Of a stretch of DNA of 24,875 nt, positions 22,784 through 24,875 are shown piece by piece. The DNA is from Selaginella moellendorffii (lineage: Eukaryota > Plantae > Lycopodiophyta), in assembly GCF_000143415.4 (NCBI RefSeq), contig NW_003314498.1:3705-28579 (forward strand), written 5' to 3'. Both the position numbers and the translations under genes were made by a program. Position 1 is the first letter of the stretch, and each line of letters opens with the position of its first letter. The notes under the pieces were generated by a model. That model was not told the origin of the DNA. It made no database searches and saw nothing but the letters and a program-made list of their open reading frames with translations.

Positions 22784-23905
22784 ATTTGAGATGTCAATAG
22801 GCTAAGATGTAGTCTAAGATTTATATAATATCATAAATTTTCTACCACTTTATCCTACATTGCATTTATACATGAAAAACATAATAAGGTATAAATATGA
22901 TTGAGACAACATTAGTACATGAACCATATAAAGAAACTTAATTTAATTATACTAAACCTATCTATATACCATTCATTAATTTTCTTATATAATATAGTTC
23001 TAGCATAAAGAAAAGATTATATATCATCAAAACCTACTCTACCCCAGTATAGAGTAAAACATTACCATTTATTTAATATCATAAAATTTCAGCATTCATA
23101 ACAGTGTTATAAAGCCTTAAAATTAAATATAAATACATGAATATATGGAGATAATAATCTTATTTCAGATTTATAAAAATAACTACAGAAATAATGTTTA
23201 TGATATATAAGAGAATAATTTCTATTTTAAATATTACTCTCAAAATGCATGATTATAAATATTATTTAAAAAGGGAATATCAATAATAAATATGCAAAAT
23301 ATTATAACTTTTAAAGGAAAATAGAACACATAAAGCTAACATCTTTCACTTATTATCATGCAATTCCAAAAAATTTAGTCTGAAATGATGAAAAGAGAAA
23401 CTCCATAACAATGTCTATATTTTTTAAATTTAAAATATGTATGCACTTTAGGTGAGTTTTTAAATATATATTAAATATATTTTTAACATCATTATATTTG
23501 AGTGTCGTTAAGTAACACATACTTTATTAAGAGGAAAAATTATAGAGTTAAATAATCATCAAATAATAATAATTTTATCAATTATATAGAGATTTCAAAT
23601 AAAAGAAAAAATTATTTATTAAACAAATGACTCATCTGACCATGGGATCCCACAGTGAGAAATTCCATTTATAGAATATCCAAGACTTGACTGAAAAATC
23701 AGAATTTTAAATATGATATAATGTACTGAGTTATATTTATTATGTTATGATGTGTGTTGGTGATAGAATCAATTGTAGAAGAGATTTTTAATATAAATAT
23801 TATGTTATGTTTAACTATATATCTTATAATTATGATTATGTTAAAAATTACAATTACACTTACAACTCTTTGAAATTATTAAAATATGAAAAATAAAGAC
23901 AATGC

Positions 23906-23932
23906 TCCCAGCGTAGCTGGGACTTTTGCTAG
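23906..23932 (+). terminator. Helitron 3' terminus 3 (hairpin + CTAG)
   Basis: tcccagc-gta-gctggga (23906-23922), ctag at 23929-23932, followed by T. Confidence 0.88.
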
Positions 23933-24159
23933 TACTCCCTTATTTAAACGTGCTATTGGCATATGGCATCCGGTGTCTTTTATTCCATTTTTAGAATCTT
24001 ATTTCTGAATATGCTTATAATCTAACGGTTAAAATTCGAAGCCTTCAAATAGATGGCAAAGATCATGCCAAAAGGGTGGCAACGCTTCAATTTTGATTTT
24101 AATGACGCTCCAAATCAAGTGAAATTTCTTAGGGCGTTCAGGCAGATTGTAAACGCTCT

Positions 24160-24210
24160 GTGTGTGTGTGTGTCAAGGATGTGTCAAGGACATGTCAAGG
24201 ATGTGTCCAA
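24160..24210. repeat. (GT)n run followed by an 11-bp tandem repeat (RTGTCAAGGAY x3+)
   Basis: gtgtcaaggat gtgtcaaggac atgtcaaggat gtgtccaag. Confidence 0.85.
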
Positions 24211-24304
24211 GCTTGCTAAGGGCAACATGCTGCTTGCGCTATTGGTGAACAACCGATCAAGGTAGATTGAAAATTCTTTACTTTTTTCTGAAGACAAATT
24301 GCAG

Positions 24305-24875
24305 GGACTGCTGAATCCTGCAGCTATGGCTAGGCTGGCGCTTGGAGAAGCTTTGACGAACCTTGTTTGGGCTAAGGTACTCTCATCTTAATTGTGTTTA
24401 CACACCTTATGATCTGTTTAACTTTGCAGGCTGAACTTGATTCCGACATATATGTACAATCCTGCTGTTGCTCCTAGTGACACTATGATCGAGCTTGAGG
24501 TTGCAATAGAAGGTGGAAAGAACACTTGTCAATGGCTGCTCAAGTAGGTGGTGAAACTGTCAAGGCACCTGGGAATCTCGTCATTAGTCGTATGTGACTT
24601 GTTCAGACATTACACTCATCATCACCCCTGATTTGAAGGTACTGAAATTCATATCCTTTCATTCAAATCTGATTACTTGCTTCTTCCAGATTGGAGAGGA
24701 AGTTGTTCTTTTGCACATTACTGTTGGGACTGGCAAAGGTCGTCTAGGAGGTTTAGCACTGGCCCAATTTTTTGATCAGGTCAGACAAACTGTGGTTTTC
24801 TTTCCTTGCTAGCTTCCACTATGGGGATTATTGATACTTGCCTGGACGTTGAAATATTTAAAACGTGCCTTCAAT
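24305..24875 (+). pseudogene. PUR4: FGAM synthase (phosphoribosylformylglycinamidine synthase) internal fragment
   Basis: Exons 24305-24376 GLLNPAAMARLALGEALTNLVWAK; 24430-24638 MIELEVAIEGGK..SMAAQVGGETVKAPGNLVIS..YVTCSDITLIITPDLK (frameshifted); 24690-24779 ..RLGGLALAQFFDQ; then YLKRAFN. No upstream exons seen. Confidence 0.9.

Larger units (their letters stand above)
17471..23932 (+). mobile_element. Helitron unit 3 (~6.5 kb including gap) with kelch and amidohydrolase cargo and an inverted Rep pseudogene
   Basis: Starts TACTCATATATTTAAACG and ends in hairpin + CTAG. Continuity across the N gap is assumed. Confidence 0.65.
23933..24875 (+). mobile_element. 5' part of Helitron unit 4
   Basis: TACTCCCTTATTTAAACGTGCTATT..TGGCATC..TATTCCATTTT.AGAAT aligns with 11337-11400, and is followed by captured exons. 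Confidence 0.65.

Noticed and set aside
22800-23900. Very AT-rich tract as a possible satellite or RNA gene
   Set aside because: No periodicity or RNA-gene structure seen; consistent with Helitron subterminal DNA.
4912-23932. Recurring palindrome read as CRISPR repeats, bacterial terminators or attC sites
   Set aside because: Kilobase irregular spacing, eukaryotic introns, CTAG ends and RepHel identify them as Helitron termini.

Overview
Eukaryotic plant DNA with very short (about 45-70 nt) GT-AG introns and two N gaps (825-1112, 19782-20099). Intron size and gene content suggest a compact-genome early land plant such as Selaginella; this is an inference. The window reads as a head-to-tail array of at least four non-identical Helitron-type units. 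Three + strand 3' termini (CCAGC-GNA-GCTGG hairpin, 8 nt, then CTAG) end at 11332, 17470 and 23932. Each is followed immediately by a related 5'-like segment (..ACTC..TATTTAAA..) and then by fragments of host genes. Unit 1 holds three genes whose spliced frames are open: RPA1-like (across a gap), a highly diverged SKIP16-like F-box gene (405 aa) and an orphan 220-aa gene. It also holds a BED-finger remnant, a ~700-bp duplication and a scrambled RepHel remnant. Units 2 and 3 share a dead kelch-gene copy joined to different cargo (CYP88/KAO-like versus amidohydrolase-3). Unit 3 also has an inverted, helicase-less Rep pseudogene. Unit 4 begins with FGAM-synthase fragments. All gene models and family calls were made by eye, without database searches.
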